A DNA stretch of 44,248 bases from a virus. The stretch lies in the IMG/VR virus record IMGVR_UViG_3300021057_000017, positions 1-44,248 of that record. The stretch is one strand, 5' to 3'. Below the pieces are notes generated by a model. The model was not told the origin of the DNA and made no database searches. It was given only the letters and a program-made list of their open reading frames with translations. Position 1 is the first letter of the stretch; each line of letters begins with the position of its first letter. Of this stretch, positions 41,884 through 44,248 are shown one piece after another. The position numbers and the translations under genes are program-made.

Positions 41884-42625
41884 AGAAGATCTAAAAGTAT
41901 CGGTTGCCGAGTGCCCTATTTGTACTTCTTTCTGTCAGCACATGTATTACATGGAGGATGCCAAAAGCCGCAGGAAGTCAAAATGGCACTCCTGCGCGTG
42001 TGGAGTCATTTTTCAGAAAGATAAGCCCGAAGGCGTTTATGACGCGGCTTACCTCAAGAAAGAGTCAGATCCTGGCGAAAAGTACAGGCTCGCCGCCCAA
42101 TACCCAGTCAGAATTTATGCCCCACTTATCGAAGAGCTGACCTACGGGCGAAAGGCCCTCGTTGTCGGCACACCTACATTTAGGCAGGTAGAAGCCTTTA
42201 AAGACAGGGGCTGGGTTACTTACTCCATCGACAAGAACCTTGAATACCTACCCTCCTCCAGACACTTTCAAGGCGACTTTGAAACCTACGATTTTGGCGA
42301 CCAGAAGTTCAACCTAATCTGGATGTATAGCGTTCTTGAGTGTTTCTTAAATCCTAAGGAAACTCTAAAAAAATGCTTTACCTTGCTACCCGAAGATGGG
42401 ATTCTTTTCATAGCAACACCAGATACTGATTTCGTTTATACGCGTTCCTCCGCCGCTTTTGTCCACTGGCGACCCGAATACAACAATGTCATGTGGAATA
42501 AGCGAGCACTGACCTCCCTCCTAGAATCCCTAGGCTTCCAAACGATAATGTGCAGGCGAAACTTAGAACAGAGATTCCCTGCCGTTGATGACGTTCATGG
42601 AATATTCCAGAAGCGTTATTACTAA
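41861..42625 (+). CDS. Class I SAM-dependent methyltransferase with N-terminal zinc ribbon
   Basis: 254 aa with CPICTS...CACG. KALVVGTPT is a degenerate motif I. FNLIWMYSVLECFLNPKETLKKCFTLLPEDGILFIATP is the typical post-II/III block. Confidence 0.6.
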   Translation: MSTPEKTKEDLKVSVAECPICTSFCQHMYYMEDAKSRRKSKWHSCACGVIFQKDKPEGVYDAAYLKKESDPGEKYRLAAQYPVRIYAPLIEELTYGRKALVVGTPTFRQVEAFKDRGWVTYSIDKNLEYLPSSRHFQGDFETYDFGDQKFNLIWMYSVLECFLNPKETLKKCFTLLPEDGILFIATPDTDFVYTRSSAAFVHWRPEYNNVMWNKRALTSLLESLGFQTIMCRRNLEQRFPAVDDVHGIFQKRYY

Positions 42626-42638
42626 AAAAGGAGCTTAG

Positions 42639-42809
42639 GTGTACCCAAGAGGCACTTACCCCAGAACCGAACAGCATAAGCAGATCACCTCTGCTGGCCT
42701 AAAGAAATTTTATGCTGACGGCGGCAAGGTATGGTCTGAGGGTAAGAAGTTCTCAGACACCCATCGCGCACAAGTAAGAAAACCACAGGAGGTGCTTTAC
42801 GGCAACTAA
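42639..42809 (+). CDS. Small basic ORF (56 aa), possibly the N-terminal part of a frameshifted gene
   Basis: GTG with AAGGAG 5 nt upstream: VYPRGTYPRTEQHKQITSAGLKKFYADGGKVWSEGKKFSDTHRAQVRKPQEVLYGN. The TEQHKQITS and KKFSDTHRAQV segments loosely resemble NUMOD3-type repeats. Confidence 0.4.
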   Translation: MYPRGTYPRTEQHKQITSAGLKKFYADGGKVWSEGKKFSDTHRAQVRKPQEVLYGN

Positions 42810-43257
42810 AACTATTACCATCGACACAGCAGAATGGCTTTATCCTGACAGATTTGGCATTACCCACGAAGTAAATAACGCTCAAACCTTCACGTTTGAA
42901 CTCACCGATGGCGGCGCTTCAGCCGTCACTTACGCCCAGAACAACGCAACTTCAGTCACCTGTACAGACGGTTCGCGCATTACTTTCCGGCCCCAGGTAG
43001 GCCTTTCACAGCCTGGCGCGGAAGTCGCTAATGGCAATAGACGCACCTTTGGCCCTACGGCTGACGCTCAAGATGCTACGGCTGTATATGGGCTCGCTGG
43101 GGAATTTGTGGCTGAGTGCCCTGTTTCTGGTGCTATTCAGTACTGGAAGCCAGTGCACATGACCGTCGATGATGTTGATACCCCAACCGCAATTAGTGGT
43201 CGATTTGAAGATCAGTTCGGGAATACGTTTACCTGGACTACGGTTACGGTGTCCTAA
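42778..43257 (+). CDS. Beta-rich structural-module ORF lacking any canonical start codon in its first ~105 codons
   Basis: 159 open codons run from the TAA at 42775 to the TAA at 43255. The first ATG/GTG/TTG in frame is a GTG at about codon 107. AGGAGG (42787-42792) lies 6 nt before an in-frame ACG (42799). The stop overlaps the next ATG (TAATG). Confidence 0.5.
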   Translation, partial: ENHRRCFTATKTITIDTAEWLYPDRFGITHEVNNAQTFTFELTDGGASAVTYAQNNATSVTCTDGSRITFRPQVGLSQPGAEVANGNRRTFGPTADAQDATAVYGLAGEFVAECPVSGAIQYWKPVHMTVDDVDTPTAISGRFEDQFGNTFTWTTVTVS

Positions 43258-43433
43258 TGGCGGCTTACGCAATCACAAAATACATCACCGAGGATTACGA
43301 CCCTACGGTTGTCGCCGCAAACCTCGAAACGCACATTGAGACTCTTGACTCTACAAATAACCCGATAGTTTTGTGCGACATAGTTTACAACGCAAAAACA
43401 GGGAAGTTTGTAGGGATTGTTCTCGCTGATTAA
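43257..43433 (+). CDS. Hypothetical small protein (58 aa)
   Basis: MAAYAITKYITEDYDPTVVAANLETHIETLDSTNNPIVLCDIVYNAKTGKFVGIVLAD, with TAATG overlaps at both ends. Confidence 0.45.
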   Translation: MAAYAITKYITEDYDPTVVAANLETHIETLDSTNNPIVLCDIVYNAKTGKFVGIVLAD

Positions 43434-44248
43434 TGACAAATGACACCCTAAAACGCATCTGTGTACGTGCTCAGGCGATGGTGCAAAACACCTCGACTAG
43501 CACGTCCAATGCCAATGACATTCTCCCCAAGGTTAAAGATTGGGTCCGCACACGATACGACAGGATCTTAAGGAGCTTTCCTTGGGGAGAGCTGACACGT
43601 ACCTACAATCTTTCCGTCACAGCCTCAACCCGCGATTACTCGCTCCGTTACGATCTTGAGCAAATCATTAAGATTTGGGACACGACAAATGGAACCGAGT
43701 TAATCGAAAAGTCTATTCAAGACCATATCCGGTTCACCGCTATAAATCTTGAGGTGTCTGGAAATGTCCAAACAGGATCACCTGAGACCTACGTTGACAT
43801 TGGGTCAAAATCAGTCTCAGCTCTTCTTTCTACAGCAGATCAGGTTCAAGTTCTCTCAACCTCAGTGTCTGATGTCACCCCTAAAATTATTCGTATTACA
43901 GGCGAAGTTAGCGGAATGCTTGTTTCAGAAAACCTGACCCTTAACGGCACGTCAGCGGTTACATCCACAAACACCTATGATTCTGGCTCCGAGCTTATAG
44001 TTTCAGCCGGAACTTCAGATGGCACCTTATCCGACCTTTCGGGCGTCGTTACGGTTAGAGAGCAAGACACAACCTCAAATGTCTTAGCAAAGCTTGCTCC
44101 AAACGAACGCGCCCCCTTCTACAAGTGGATTAGGCTCTCACCAACCCCGGCAAAAGCAATAACAGCCCAAATCTGGTACAAGCGCCGCTGGATGCCTCTT
44201 CGTGATGACAACGATGTCCCGCTTATTCCCTGCGCCAATGAGATTGTG
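43433..44248 (+). CDS. N-terminal part of wrap-around structural ORF (continues at 1..325)
   Basis: The ATG at 43433 is followed by 272 open codons to the window end. The frame continues through the terminal repeat to the TAA at 323-325. Confidence 0.6.
   Translation, partial: MTNDTLKRICVRAQAMVQNTSTSTSNANDILPKVKDWVRTRYDRILRSFPWGELTRTYNLSVTASTRDYSLRYDLEQIIKIWDTTNGTELIEKSIQDHIRFTAINLEVSGNVQTGSPETYVDIGSKSVSALLSTADQVQVLSTSVSDVTPKIIRITGEVSGMLVSENLTLNGTSAVTSTNTYDSGSELIVSAGTSDGTLSDLSGVVTVREQDTTSNVLAKLAPNERAPFYKWIRLSPTPAKAITAQIWYKRRWMPLRDDNDVPLIPCANEIV
44122..44248. repeat. Second copy of the 127-bp terminal overlap
   Basis: Identical to 1..127. Confidence 0.97.

Noticed and set aside
42639-42809. 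Degenerate homing-endonuclease remnant, suggested by NUMOD3-like TEQHKQITS and KKFSDTHRAQV repeats.
   Set aside because: The similarity is limited to two short basic motifs recalled from memory. There is no nuclease domain nearby. It is mentioned only as context for the frameshift finding.
1-44248. Integration module or prophage ends, CRISPR arrays, diversity-generating retroelement, retron, tRNA genes.
   Set aside because: I found no integrase/recombinase, no reverse transcriptase, no repeat-spacer array and no cloverleaf-compatible sequence. The 127-bp end repeat is explained by circular assembly, not att sites. Temperate versus lytic lifestyle is left open despite the XRE and Xis-type HTH genes.

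Overview
The window is a complete, circularly assembled tailed-phage genome of about 44.1 kb. Bases 1-127 are identical to 44122-44248, and one ORF reads through that junction in frame. There are two transcriptional blocks. (1) A plus-strand late/structural block runs from 29479 across the window end to 14376. In order it holds terS-like, terL, portal, scaffold, major capsid, a six-gene sugar-modification cassette, T7-type tail tubular A/B-like genes, fibre-like genes, small membrane proteins and a metallophosphoesterase. No tail tube, sheath or tape measure gene is visible, so the virion looks podovirus-like. (2) A minus-strand early block runs from 29332 down to 14379. It holds about 55 mostly tiny genes, often translationally coupled by ATGA overlaps. 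Recognisable products are an SprT-like HExxH protein, XRE and Xis-type HTH regulators, an RlpA-like lytic transglycosylase, a PD-(D/E)XK nuclease, an HNH endonuclease, a replication-organizer-like protein, a NinG-like protein and an RmlC-like sugar epimerase. I saw no integrase, DNA polymerase, RNA polymerase, tRNA, CRISPR array or reverse transcriptase. Most noteworthy are seven items: (a) the C-methyltransferase / two GT9 / GT2 / methyltransferase cassette inserted between head and tail genes, with an RmlC-like epimerase and a mini-GNAT elsewhere; (b) a strongly over-represented, strand-biased octamer GCGCACCC confined to the early block; (c) a roughly 460-bp ORF-free, hairpin-rich island flanked by a repeated operator-like element (CTGTA-N5-TACAG); (d) a 159-codon structural ORF with no canonical start, preceded by a prfB-like +1 frameshift context; (e) an AT-rich antisense moron island encoding secreted and membrane proteins; (f) three consecutive signal-peptide-bearing fibre-like proteins; (g) plus-strand terminators embedded in the minus-strand block. 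All functional calls rest on motif recognition by eye, without database searches.
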